64,000 nt of DNA from Nitrospinaceae bacterium (GTDB lineage Bacteria > Nitrospinota > Nitrospinia > Nitrospinales > VA-1), in NCBI GenBank assembly GCA_023271875.1, contig JALPWY010000003.1, forward strand, positions 3,888-67,887. Reading direction: 5' to 3'. How positions within the stretch are numbered: the first letter of the stretch is position 1; the number at the start of each line of letters is the position of its first letter. Below are positions 1 through 9,554 of this stretch, in pieces. The notes below the pieces were generated by a model that was not told where the DNA came from, searched no databases, and saw nothing but the letters and a program-made list of their open reading frames with translations. The position numbers and the translations under genes are program-made.

Positions 1-2
1 AC

Positions 3-890
3 AAAGTCCGTAAACTCACCGATTATTCCATCGCACGGCACTATCCTGAAACAGCCAATTCGGAAAACCAATATCTCGCATTCTTCGAGGCCGTCTCCGA
101 TGCCCAGGCAGCCCTAGTGGCGCGCTGGATGAATATCGGTTTCATCCACGGTGTGATGAATACCGACAACATGACGATCTCTGGCGAAACCATCGATTAC
201 GGACCCTGCGCTTTTATGGATACCTATGCACCAAACACAGTGTTTAGCTCGATCGATGCCCAAGGCCGCTATGCCTATGCTAACCAGCCGGTGATCCTGT
301 CCTGGAACCTGACCCGATTAGCAGAAACACTGATCCGATTTATCGACACTGACAAAGACCGGGCCATCGAATTGCTGACCGATAAGATCAAGGCTATTCA
401 ACCTCTCTATGAAACATACTGGCTGGCTGGAATGCGATCCAAGATCGGCTTATCAACCGAAGATTCTCTTGACCTAGAATTGATAAACGACCTACTATTG
501 GTGATGGAAGGTGGACATGCGGATTTCACCCTAGTCTTCCGTCGTCTTGCACAATCCTTACGCGGTCATAGCGACGAAATACGGCAGCTGTTCGAAGAAC
601 CTGATGCCTTCGACGTCTGGGCGCGTCGTTGGCGGAAACGACTAGAGAAAGATGGCGTTGCTGCGGAAACTGTCGCGCAGGCAATGGATCTGGCCAACCC
701 AATCTATATTCCGCGAAACCATAAAGTCGAAGAAGCTCTTACCGCCGCAGTCGATCAGGAAAATATGACGCCCTTCTCGAAGCTACTGACTGTCTTGAGC
801 CATCCCTTCGACGAGGTCGCGGGCAACGAAGCTTATGCCGCGCCAGCGCCGAATTCGAGCATACCCTACCGGACATTCTGCGGGACCTAA
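3..890 (+). CDS. selO: Protein adenylyltransferase SelO/YdiU family, C-terminal part (5' end lies outside the window)
   Basis: The frame is open from base 3. It contains the motif GFIHGVMNTDNMTISGETIDYGPCAFMD, typical of SelO pseudokinases, and ends ...TFCGT with the conserved C-terminal Cys. It is visibly more GC-rich than the rest of the window. Confidence 0.85.
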   Translation, partial: KVRKLTDYSIARHYPETANSENQYLAFFEAVSDAQAALVARWMNIGFIHGVMNTDNMTISGETIDYGPCAFMDTYAPNTVFSSIDAQGRYAYANQPVILSWNLTRLAETLIRFIDTDKDRAIELLTDKIKAIQPLYETYWLAGMRSKIGLSTEDSLDLELINDLLLVMEGGHADFTLVFRRLAQSLRGHSDEIRQLFEEPDAFDVWARRWRKRLEKDGVAAETVAQAMDLANPIYIPRNHKVEEALTAAVDQENMTPFSKLLTVLSHPFDEVAGNEAYAAPAPNSSIPYRTFCGT

Positions 891-1008
891 TGGTTGATGG
901 TCGAACACATGACTTTGTTTGTCCACTTAGATTGGTTACTTCAACATATGCCATACAAACCTTTTTTTATCCTTTTAAAGAAAGTTAAAACACTAAATTA
1001 TATTTCCA

Positions 1009-1347
1009 ATGAGTACTAAAAGAGAAATTAATACTCTTATTGATCTTGCAAGAAAGGTTGGTCAGGCATTTTGTGATAAAAATACGTTTAAAGAAACATC
1101 TTCAGACCAAATAATCCAGGAATGGAAATACCAAGGTGCTAAATTTAGAATGATTTTTCAAAAAACTCAAAGTGATGAAATAGCAATAGAAAATTGTTAC
1201 GCACAAATGAGAAAAAAGTTAAGAGAGTTAAACTTGGGAGCGCCATCAGAATCTAGCATGAGGTTGGTTAGCAACTTTGCCAAAGTAGAAGAGTTAATAT
1301 TATTGGATGAATTATGGGAAGAACTTGATGCGAACAACCAAAATTAA
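1009..1347 (+). CDS. Hypothetical protein, 112 aa
   Basis: ORF in a very AT-rich segment. I recognise no motif. Confidence 0.4.
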   Translation: MSTKREINTLIDLARKVGQAFCDKNTFKETSSDQIIQEWKYQGAKFRMIFQKTQSDEIAIENCYAQMRKKLRELNLGAPSESSMRLVSNFAKVEELILLDELWEELDANNQN

Positions 1348-1537
1348 TACACTTATGTTTATTAATGTTTTGGAACTTTTCTCCCCAAAATACTCTTTAT
1401 CTATAAGTTGTTGGGGAAAAGGACTTCGCAAAAGCACCAAGGTGTTGCAAAAAAATATTTGGAATTATGGGCCTACAGATGAACAATCATTGGATGAGAA
1501 TAACAGCAACTTTTCTTGTATCTAAAACTCTAACCTA

Positions 1538-2062
1538 CTAATTTAAACTATTGGTGTCTTCCTTTTCTGTTTTCTTTTCTTTTTCTAAATTCGACTGGAG
1601 GTTTAAAACATTATGAATGAGTTCACCATAGGTGACTTTCGTCTTGTCGCAATATTTTCTTAGGCAGGCATACATTATAAAAACGCAATTCCACTCATCA
1701 AATAGTTCGCCTGTCTTTTTACAGCGTTTTTCAAACGCAGCAAGAGTATTTTCTATTTCCTCCAACACTTCATTGAATGCTTCAATCTCGTTATGTTCGT
1801 TTAAATCAATACTACTATCAAAACCCAAGAAGTTTTCGCCTGACTGAGTTTTCTCAGACTCATTAAAATGATCTTCAATTTGACTAAAGTCAATCTCAGC
1901 TTGTTGGCAAAACAAAGTTAGGCAATTAAAACTAATTACAAGACATTCGTATCCACTTAATTCGCTATTTTCACTCTCTAACATTTCCGAGATGTCATCT
2001 TCTATCAAATCAATCATTTCAAAAAATGCATCAAGATTATTCCCTTTACCATTGACTTGCAT
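1538..2062 (-). CDS. Hypothetical acidic protein, 174 aa, internally duplicated with CX6CX4C in each half
   Basis: The two halves align (AF-E...IE...C-x6-C-x4-C): CLVISFNCLTLFC and CVFIMYACLRKYC. The protein is strongly Asp/Glu-rich. Confidence 0.55.
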   Translation of the reverse strand: MQVNGKGNNLDAFFEMIDLIEDDISEMLESENSELSGYECLVISFNCLTLFCQQAEIDFSQIEDHFNESEKTQSGENFLGFDSSIDLNEHNEIEAFNEVLEEIENTLAAFEKRCKKTGELFDEWNCVFIMYACLRKYCDKTKVTYGELIHNVLNLQSNLEKEKKTEKEDTNSLN

Positions 2063-2393
2063 GAAAATTAATTAACTCCCAAAAAAATGATCATCCCAGC
2101 AAAACAACCTTAAAAGTTATAACAAAGACTGAAAACGAAAAGCAATATTTAGAGTGTAGTTGTCCAGTTTCATCAAATACGATATTTCTTGGAAGACTAG
2201 GTATGAATTTTCAAGCGGTACAGATTAGCAGTAAGGAACAACAATTATATTAAAAATATATATCAACTCATTGAATATCACTAGGGCTAATTATCATTCT
2301 GTATCAACACGAAAGAAAAAAATCACATAGTATGTTTTTATGAGTTTATGCGACACTTAATATAGGTTGCAATTAAGAGGGAAGTCTTTATTT

Positions 2394-3836
2394 ATGGCAA
2401 AGTTCGATTACAACATTATCGTTATCGGCGGTGGATCAGCTGGTCTAGTTTCTGCTTATATTGCCTCTGCCACTAAAGCAAAAGTTGCCCTCATAGAAAA
2501 GAATAAAATGGGTGGTGATTGCCTCAACACCGGATGCATCCCTAGCAAGGCTCTTATTCGCAGTGCTAAAATTCTTTCCTATATCAAGCGACACCGAGAA
2601 TTCGGAATTAAATCAGTGGTTGCTGAATTTGATTTCCCCGAAGTGATGGAGCGCGTTCAAGCTATCATCAAAAAAATTGAACCCCACGATAGCGTAAAAC
2701 GTTATACCGACCTCGGTGTTGATTGTTTTTCTGGTCAAGCAAAGATATTGTCACCACACGAAGTTGAGCTTAACGGAAATATCCTCACGACAAAAAATAT
2801 CATCATCGCAACCGGGGCGCGCCCGACTATACCCTCTATTAATGGATTGGAAAAAACAAACTTTCTTACATCCGATAATTTATGGAATATTCAAGAGTTA
2901 CCCAAGAAATTATTAATCATAGGCGGCGGACCTATTGGATCAGAGTTTGCACAATGCTTCGCACGACTAGGCAGTGATGTAACGCAAGTTGAAATGTCAC
3001 CCCACATCCTTACCCGCGAGGATGATGAAATTAGCCTAGCTCTCCGCCAACAATTCGGCCGCGAAGGCATTGACATACATACAGATACAACGTGCAAAAC
3101 TATTGCTACCGAGAATGGGAAACAAGTAATGGTCTCCGAACAAAGAGGACAGGAGGTACGTATTGAATTTGATCAGATACTGATTGCAGTTGGAAGAACT
3201 GCCAACAGCAAAGGGTTTGGGCTTGAGAATATTGGTATCGAGTCCGACCAACATAATAGAATAATTGTAGATAGTTATCTCCGGACAACCACACACAAAA
3301 ACATCTATGCTTGCGGTGATGTGGTTGGACCTTATCAGTTTACACACACGGCAGCTCATCAAGCTTGGTACTGTGCAGTTAATGCACTATTCAGTCCTTT
3401 CAAAAAATTCAAGGTCGACTATAGCGTCATACCCTGGTGTACATTCACAGACCCAGAAATCGCGAGAGTCGGACTCAATGAAAAAGAAGCCACTAAGCAA
3501 GGCATAGATTATGAAGTAACTCGATATGGAATAGATGACCTCGATCGAGCTATTGCTGATAGTGATGATCAAGGCATAATAAAAGTATTAACTGCTCCTG
3601 GGAAAGATCGTATCCTAGGAGCCACAATTATGAGTTGCGAAGCAGGCAACCTTATAACCGAATATGTCTCTGCAATGAAACATGGAATCGGACTTAACAA
3701 AATTCTCGGCACCATCCACATTTACCCTACCATGGCAGAAGCGAATAAGTTCGTTGCTGGTACTTGGAAAAAAAATCACGCGCCAAAAAAACTTTTAAAA
3801 TTGGTGCAAAAGTTTCACGCCTGGCGCCTACGCTAG
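2394..3836 (+). CDS. Class I FAD-dependent pyridine nucleotide-disulfide oxidoreductase (dihydrolipoyl dehydrogenase / mercuric-reductase-like)
   Basis: Motifs: GGGSAG FAD site, redox-active GGDCLNTGCIPSK, second Rossmann GGGPIG, C-terminal HIYPTMAE interface motif. I moved the start to the ATG at 2394, preceded by AAGAGGGAAG. Confidence 0.85.
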   Translation: MAKFDYNIIVIGGGSAGLVSAYIASATKAKVALIEKNKMGGDCLNTGCIPSKALIRSAKILSYIKRHREFGIKSVVAEFDFPEVMERVQAIIKKIEPHDSVKRYTDLGVDCFSGQAKILSPHEVELNGNILTTKNIIIATGARPTIPSINGLEKTNFLTSDNLWNIQELPKKLLIIGGGPIGSEFAQCFARLGSDVTQVEMSPHILTREDDEISLALRQQFGREGIDIHTDTTCKTIATENGKQVMVSEQRGQEVRIEFDQILIAVGRTANSKGFGLENIGIESDQHNRIIVDSYLRTTTHKNIYACGDVVGPYQFTHTAAHQAWYCAVNALFSPFKKFKVDYSVIPWCTFTDPEIARVGLNEKEATKQGIDYEVTRYGIDDLDRAIADSDDQGIIKVLTAPGKDRILGATIMSCEAGNLITEYVSAMKHGIGLNKILGTIHIYPTMAEANKFVAGTWKKNHAPKKLLKLVQKFHAWRLR

Positions 3837-3920
3837 AGTCCCATTTACTATAAAAAAAACTTTTCACAAATTGGGAGTATAAGAATGCTCAGGAGTTACT
3901 TCAATTCATACTGAACTTTA

Positions 3921-4247
3921 CTAGATCTCGATGTAAAGGCCATCTTCCATAACGGAAACTCGATAGGTAGGGGTAACTGATGAGCGGTCAAATTTACAAC
4001 TTCCTCGTCTGATATTCCATAGGCATTGATCTCTACTACAAGCAGCAAACATTCCTCGAAGGTCTGGCAAACGACCAAGGCTCCCTCCGCACATCCTGCA
4101 GTCATCGGTTATAACATAATATTTTTCTTCAACGCAAAATATTGCCAGAACATACTTCATCTCAGTCAATGGGTGGGTAAGGTGGATTTGTTTTCCCGAA
4201 CCCTCTGAGGGGGCGTCTTTTAATTCTGATATTTTGACCTTAGACAT
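3921..4247 (-). CDS. Small Rieske/NirD-fold-like protein with a C-x2-C-x16-C-x4-C ligand pattern
   Basis: 108 aa. The layout YYVITDDCRMCGGSLG...ACSRDQCLW...YRVSVMEDGLYIEI resembles Rieske ferredoxins, but Cys occupies the positions of the His ligands. Confidence 0.5.
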   Translation of the reverse strand: MSKVKISELKDAPSEGSGKQIHLTHPLTEMKYVLAIFCVEEKYYVITDDCRMCGGSLGRLPDLRGMFAACSRDQCLWNIRRGSCKFDRSSVTPTYRVSVMEDGLYIEI

Positions 4248-4257
4248 GAAGGAATAT

Positions 4258-4530
4258 TTAATCTTTTGGTAGGTATGGACCGTATCGATCTCGGTAATAT
4301 TTTTCCAACTCGTATCGAAACCGCCCTTTTAGGTGAGGTAGCTCTTCTGCTGCATGGTGATCAAACTTGACGTATTCTTCAGATTTTTCTTGAGTATCCT
4401 TAGGGCGCTCAATATTAGGATCCAGATAAGCACCACCTAGAGGGGAGCCACCAACGATAAGGCCCTGACCTTTTTGAATCCACCGCCCAAGCATAATACG
4501 TTCTTCATCTGTCCCTACTGCTGCTGGCAT
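4258..4530 (-). CDS. Hypothetical protein, 90 aa
   Basis: ORF 11 nt upstream of the Rieske-like gene on the same strand, so probably one operon. No recognised motif. Confidence 0.45.
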   Translation of the reverse strand: MPAAVGTDEERIMLGRWIQKGQGLIVGGSPLGGAYLDPNIERPKDTQEKSEEYVKFDHHAAEELPHLKGRFRYELEKYYRDRYGPYLPKD

Positions 4531-4691
4531 AAAAACATATCCTAAATTATTAATATATTAGTCGGGGGGGCAGTCCCTCTTGTCGCACGAATCGTAATAA
4601 GGTAGCATAACTTCTAATCTATAACCAATACAGGCCCCTATTTAAATAATTTTATTTTATTATTCTTGATTTTTAACGAGTGCAAAACAAT

Positions 4692-5222
4692 ATGACAACA
4701 AACACAGAACCAAAAAAATCGGCTGAACAATGGTTTCAGGAAGGACTTGCCGCTAGCAAGCTTGGTGACCCGAGAACCTGTCTCGAATCATATAAAAAGG
4801 CCATCGAAGTTGACCCAGACCATTTCTTGGCTCAATTTAATCTAGGAATACGCTATGGGAAACTCCCCATGAATATTGAAGCGGCACGCCACTTCAGGGA
4901 AGCCCTGCGCTTGAAACCAGAATCGCCAATGGTCCACTACAGCCTTGCTGTCGTTTGTAATCTAATTGGAGAAACAGACGATGCATTCCAGCATTATAAT
5001 GAGGCAATCCGTTTGAACCCAGAGTTTGCCAAAGCACACAGCAATCTCGCAATGTTATCTTATTCACTCAAGCGGGGAAAAGAAACAATTCACCATCTAT
5101 TGAAAGCAGTTGAAATGTTTGAAAAAACCGGTGATGAATTTATGATTAACAATGCTAAAAGTCTTCTCAAAGATTGTTTGAAGGAATTCAACCTTACCGC
5201 TGAGGAATGTCAAACACTTTAA
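4692..5222 (+). CDS. Tetratricopeptide repeat protein
   Basis: Repeated 34-aa TPR pattern (AxxxYxxAIxLxPxxAxAxxNLG...). The ATG at 4692 is used; a GTG at 4680 is also possible. Confidence 0.7.
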   Translation: MTTNTEPKKSAEQWFQEGLAASKLGDPRTCLESYKKAIEVDPDHFLAQFNLGIRYGKLPMNIEAARHFREALRLKPESPMVHYSLAVVCNLIGETDDAFQHYNEAIRLNPEFAKAHSNLAMLSYSLKRGKETIHHLLKAVEMFEKTGDEFMINNAKSLLKDCLKEFNLTAEECQTL

Positions 5223-5234
5223 GCTTAATGACTC

Positions 5235-6602
5235 ATGGACTTCTTTGATGTAGTTGTTATCGGCGGGGGTTCCGCAGGGTACGCCGCTGCCAACACAGCC
5301 GAATCTAAAGGAGCCAAAGTTGCCATTGTCGACAAAGGCCCGCTGGGCGGGCTTTGTATTCTTCGTGGCTGTATGCCAACCAAGACTATCCTCCGATCGT
5401 CAGATGTTCTTGCTCTTATGCACCGAGCCAAAGAATTTGGTCTCGCAGTTTCAAACCCCTCAGCCGATCTCTCATTGATCAATGATCGAAAAATCCAGCT
5501 GATTAATGAGTTTGCCAGCTATCGCATCGAGCAATTGAATGATCCAAAATTCACACTAATTGAAGAACACGCCTCATTTCTCTCGCCACATCAGCTTAAA
5601 GTGGGCAAACGAGAATTGTCAGCAAAAAACTTTATCATAGCTACCGGCTCTACGACGGCAGAGTTTCCAGTTCCAGGTTTGGCTGAGGTTGGTTTTCTCA
5701 CCAGCGATGACGTTCTGGAGTTAAGAGAAACACCCGAATCCATGATCGTTCTAGGAGCTGGGCCCGTCGCCGTTGAGTTAGCCCAGTTTTTTTGTCGGAT
5801 AGGAACGCAAACCACTCTTGTTCAACGAAGCGGTTATATTCTTTCAAAAGGAGATGAGGACTTGGCGTGTCCAGTCGAGGCGCGTTTTCGTGAAGAAGGG
5901 ATGGAAGTCTACACGGGAACAAAGCTATTACGAGTTGAGAAATCTAGATATGGTAGCACCGTTTTCTTTTCACACGAGGGTAAAGAAAAATCTGCAACCG
6001 CAAGTATAATTTTGCAGGCTCTCGGGAGAAAAGCAAATATTGATGGACTAAATTTATCAGCGGCCTCAGTTAATGTAAATCAAGGAAGAATCGAAGTCGA
6101 TCAGGAGATGAGGACAAACGTTCCTCATATCTTTGCGGTAGGTGATGTCAATGGTCTCCACGAAATCGTTCATATCGCGATCGAACAGGGAGAAATAGCT
6201 GCGCATAACGCAACTCAAGAGGGTGCACGTCAATTCGACGAAAGATTAAAACTCAGCATAACCTTCACCGATCCACCTGTGGCGAGCGTCGGCCTATCAG
6301 AAAAAGAATGCCAGAAGTTAAGCATTCTTTATCTAAAGGCAACGTATCCTTTTAACGATCATGGCAAGTCATTATGCATGGGAGAAACTCATGGCCATGT
6401 AAAACTGTTATGTTCTCCCGATAGCGGAGAAATTATTGGGGCACATGTGGTTGGCCCTGAAGCTGGAGAAATGATTCACCAGATGGTTACCCTAATGCAC
6501 TTCAGAGGAACGGTGCATGACCTAGTCAAACTACCTCATTACCACCCCACTCTTTCAGAAATTTTCACTTACCCAGCAGAAGAATTGGTACAAATGCTAT
6601 AA
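5235..6602 (+). CDS. Class I FAD-dependent pyridine nucleotide-disulfide oxidoreductase (possible glycine-cleavage L protein / dihydrolipoyl dehydrogenase-like)
   Basis: Motifs: GGGSAGY, redox centre GGLCILRGCMPTK, GAGPVAVE NAD site, C-terminal HYHPTLSE. Confidence 0.85.
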   Translation: MDFFDVVVIGGGSAGYAAANTAESKGAKVAIVDKGPLGGLCILRGCMPTKTILRSSDVLALMHRAKEFGLAVSNPSADLSLINDRKIQLINEFASYRIEQLNDPKFTLIEEHASFLSPHQLKVGKRELSAKNFIIATGSTTAEFPVPGLAEVGFLTSDDVLELRETPESMIVLGAGPVAVELAQFFCRIGTQTTLVQRSGYILSKGDEDLACPVEARFREEGMEVYTGTKLLRVEKSRYGSTVFFSHEGKEKSATASIILQALGRKANIDGLNLSAASVNVNQGRIEVDQEMRTNVPHIFAVGDVNGLHEIVHIAIEQGEIAAHNATQEGARQFDERLKLSITFTDPPVASVGLSEKECQKLSILYLKATYPFNDHGKSLCMGETHGHVKLLCSPDSGEIIGAHVVGPEAGEMIHQMVTLMHFRGTVHDLVKLPHYHPTLSEIFTYPAEELVQML

Positions 6603-6621
6603 CTGCTACTTACAAAACCAC

Positions 6622-7968
6622 CTAAACCGTTCCCAGTTTTTCAGCGAGTTGGTCTATAGCTTCAACCGTATTCAGTTCTGTAGCGCAAATCAGAAGACTA
6701 TCAGCAAGTTCTTGATAATAATCACCAAGTGGAAGCCCAGCAAGAATCTTATATTCCAGTAAAGCGTCTCTAATCTCAAAAGCAGGTCTAGGACATTTTA
6801 GAACAATCTCATTAAAAGTATCCGCGTTAAACCGGATCGAGAACCCTTGCATCTTGGATAGTTTGTTTTTAAGGTAGTCGGCTTTCCTCAAATTGAGCAA
6901 AGCCAATTCGCGCAGTCCTTGCTTGCCCATCACCGCTAGATAAATAGTAACAGCTAACATACACAATCCTTGATTGGTACAGATATTAGATGTGGCTCGT
7001 TCCCGTCGAATAAATTGCTCTCGAGTTGAAAGTGTAAGGACAAATGATCTGCGTCCTTTCCTGTCGGTAGTCTCGCCAGCTAATCGACCAGGCATTTGCC
7101 GAACAAATTTTTCGCGAGTTGCAAAAAAACCAACATAAGGCCCACCATAGGAGACAGGCAACCCAAACGATTGAGCTTCCCCCACAACAATGTCTGCGTC
7201 TCGCTCACCTGGTGGTTTTAATATACCAAGGGAAAGTGGTTCAGCCACGACAACGATTAATAAAGTATTCTGTTCTTTTAATTCCCTGCTTAGTTGTTCA
7301 TATTCTTCCACTATGCCAAAAAAATTCGGGCTTTGTAATACTACCGCGGAAGTTCTGTCGTTCAGATTAGCTCTAATGAATTCAAAGTCAGTTCTACCAT
7401 CTGAGTTGTATGGAACACTTATCAACTTGTGGTCTGTCCCCCTCAAATAAGTCTCTGTGGTCTGTCGGTATTCGGGATGAACCGCTGAAGCAATCAGATA
7501 TTCTTTTTTCTGATTTATCCGGTTCGCCATAAGAACAGCTTCTGCAAGTGCGGACGCGCCATCGTACATAGAAGCGTTGACTACATCCATTCCTGTCAGC
7601 ATAGCAATCATTGTTTGAAATTCAAAGATAGCCTGAAGGGTACCCTGACTAACCTCAGCTTGATAGGGAGTATAGCTAGTAGAAAACTCACCTCGCTGTA
7701 TAAGACTACTTACAACAACCGGGCTATAATGCCTATATGCACCTGCACCAAGAAATGATGAAATCTCTTCCGTATCGGGGTTTCGCATTTGTATTTGACG
7801 CAGCGCTCTAATAACTTCACTTTCAGAAAGGGCTCCTGGCAGGTCAAGATGTTTGTTGCCCAACTGTAAATTGTCAGGGATACCTGCGAACAGTTGATCT
7901 ACATTCTGGACACCAATAGTCTCCAGCATCTCACGAATATCTCGTTCGGTATGAGGGATGAAACGCAT
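6622..7968 (-). CDS. gcvPA: Glycine dehydrogenase (aminomethyl-transferring) subunit 1
   Basis: The N-terminus MRFIPHTERDIREMLETIGV and the 448-aa length are typical of GcvPA. It lies downstream of gcvT-gcvH. Confidence 0.9.
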   Translation of the reverse strand: MRFIPHTERDIREMLETIGVQNVDQLFAGIPDNLQLGNKHLDLPGALSESEVIRALRQIQMRNPDTEEISSFLGAGAYRHYSPVVVSSLIQRGEFSTSYTPYQAEVSQGTLQAIFEFQTMIAMLTGMDVVNASMYDGASALAEAVLMANRINQKKEYLIASAVHPEYRQTTETYLRGTDHKLISVPYNSDGRTDFEFIRANLNDRTSAVVLQSPNFFGIVEEYEQLSRELKEQNTLLIVVVAEPLSLGILKPPGERDADIVVGEAQSFGLPVSYGGPYVGFFATREKFVRQMPGRLAGETTDRKGRRSFVLTLSTREQFIRRERATSNICTNQGLCMLAVTIYLAVMGKQGLRELALLNLRKADYLKNKLSKMQGFSIRFNADTFNEIVLKCPRPAFEIRDALLEYKILAGLPLGDYYQELADSLLICATELNTVEAIDQLAEKLGTV

Positions 7969-8000
7969 AATTTAGTATTATATATACGGTAAGTAACTTA

Positions 8001-8387
8001 TCATTCCTGATTTTTACATTGCTCTCTGTATTGGTCCGCACTCAGCAAACTCTGTTCGGGACTAGAGTTTGAAAACTCTATTTCTATCATCCATCCTTGA
8101 CCATAGGGGTCACTGTTCACCAATTCAGGCTGGGATTCCAGATCTTTATTGATCGCCACTACCTTGCCGGTCATCGGGGCATAAATATCAGAAACTGTTT
8201 TCACAGATTCCACCACCCCAAATGTGTTTTCTTTTGTAAGCTCTGTCCCTTCTGCTGGAAGTTCTACGAAAACAACATCGCCCAGTTGACCTTGAGCGAA
8301 ATCGGTAATCCCGATAGTAGCCCGGTTATTTTTCAACCGAATCCACTCATGCTCAATCGTGTAATGAAGATCATTCGGGATTTCCAT
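8001..8387 (-). CDS. gcvH: Glycine cleavage system H protein
   Basis: 128 aa with the lipoyl-lysine motif VESVKTVSD and EHEWIR...GITDFAQ. Confidence 0.92.
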   Translation of the reverse strand: MEIPNDLHYTIEHEWIRLKNNRATIGITDFAQGQLGDVVFVELPAEGTELTKENTFGVVESVKTVSDIYAPMTGKVVAINKDLESQPELVNSDPYGQGWMIEIEFSNSSPEQSLLSADQYREQCKNQE

Positions 8388-8429
8388 GATTCCCCCTTCT
8401 AATCAATTTAAAATTATTTATAATAATGG

Positions 8430-9554
8430 TTATTGTTTTTTAACGCGACTAGGAACAAATGGCAATTTGACTACTTCGGCAGCAACCAACTGGTCCCTAA
8501 TTTTTATACCCAAGTGATTACCGACATCAGAATATTCTCTTGATAGATAACACAATCCTATCCCCGTGTTCAAGGTAGGCGAAAATGTTCCACTAGCGAC
8601 CTCTCCTACGGATTCACCATTTTTTAATACCTGATAATGTGCTCGAAGAACACCGCGAGTGAGTAATTTCACACCCACTAGCTTTCGCCGCGATCCCCCT
8701 TGTTCTTTTTGTTTTAATAAAGGCCCTCTACCAAGAAATTCCCCTTTATCAAACTTGATAACCCAACCTAACCCCGCGTCTAAAGGCGTAGGATTGTCAT
8801 CAATTTCATTCCCATACAGAGGATACCCCATTTCTATACGCAAAGTGTCTCGCGCACCAAGCCCAATTGGTTGGATCCCATATGGGCGACCTTGTTCCAT
8901 AAGTAATCGAAAAACCTCCGAAACTTTTTCAGGAGAAAGGTATAATTCAAATCCGTCTTCTCCAGTATATCCCGTTCGGGAAATAATACTCTCCACATTA
9001 TTCACCCTGCCCTTTCTGAAATTATAATAAGGCAGGTCATTCAAAGAAACATCGCATAAGGTCTGCAATACGTTTTTGGCCTCGGGCCCTTGCAGTGCCA
9101 ACTGCGATGTCTCGGAACTTATATTTTTTATTTTAACATTGAAAGAGGATGAGTGTCTCTCAACCCATTCGTAATCCTTATCAGAATTAGATGCATTGAC
9201 GCAGAGAAAATAATGGTTTTCCGAAAATCGATAAACCAGTAAGTCGTCTACCACTCCACCGGTTTCATAACACATGAGGCTATAAAGTATCGACCCGTCA
9301 AACATTTTCTCCATATTGTTCGAAAGCAAGAATTGCAAAAACTTTTTAGCATCTTTCCCTTCAACTTCGATTTCTCCCATATGACTGACATCAAATAAAC
9401 CTACCTTTTCCCTCACGCAAATATGTTCAGTCATAACTCCAGAAAACTGAATGGGCATGTTCCACCCCGCAAAAGGAACCAGTTTTGCCCCTAATTCTTT
9501 GTGAAGATCTAGCAGTGGAGTGACTTTTAAATCTGTAGTGTTATTTTGTACCAT
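8430..9554 (-). CDS. gcvT: Glycine cleavage system aminomethyltransferase T
   Basis: Motifs: LKVTPLLDLHKELGAKLVPFAGWNMP and DVSHMG. The ATG at 9554 is preferred over the upstream GTG at 9605, which adds an atypical 17-aa extension. Confidence 0.9.
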   Translation of the reverse strand: MVQNNTTDLKVTPLLDLHKELGAKLVPFAGWNMPIQFSGVMTEHICVREKVGLFDVSHMGEIEVEGKDAKKFLQFLLSNNMEKMFDGSILYSLMCYETGGVVDDLLVYRFSENHYFLCVNASNSDKDYEWVERHSSSFNVKIKNISSETSQLALQGPEAKNVLQTLCDVSLNDLPYYNFRKGRVNNVESIISRTGYTGEDGFELYLSPEKVSEVFRLLMEQGRPYGIQPIGLGARDTLRIEMGYPLYGNEIDDNPTPLDAGLGWVIKFDKGEFLGRGPLLKQKEQGGSRRKLVGVKLLTRGVLRAHYQVLKNGESVGEVASGTFSPTLNTGIGLCYLSREYSDVGNHLGIKIRDQLVAAEVVKLPFVPSRVKKQ

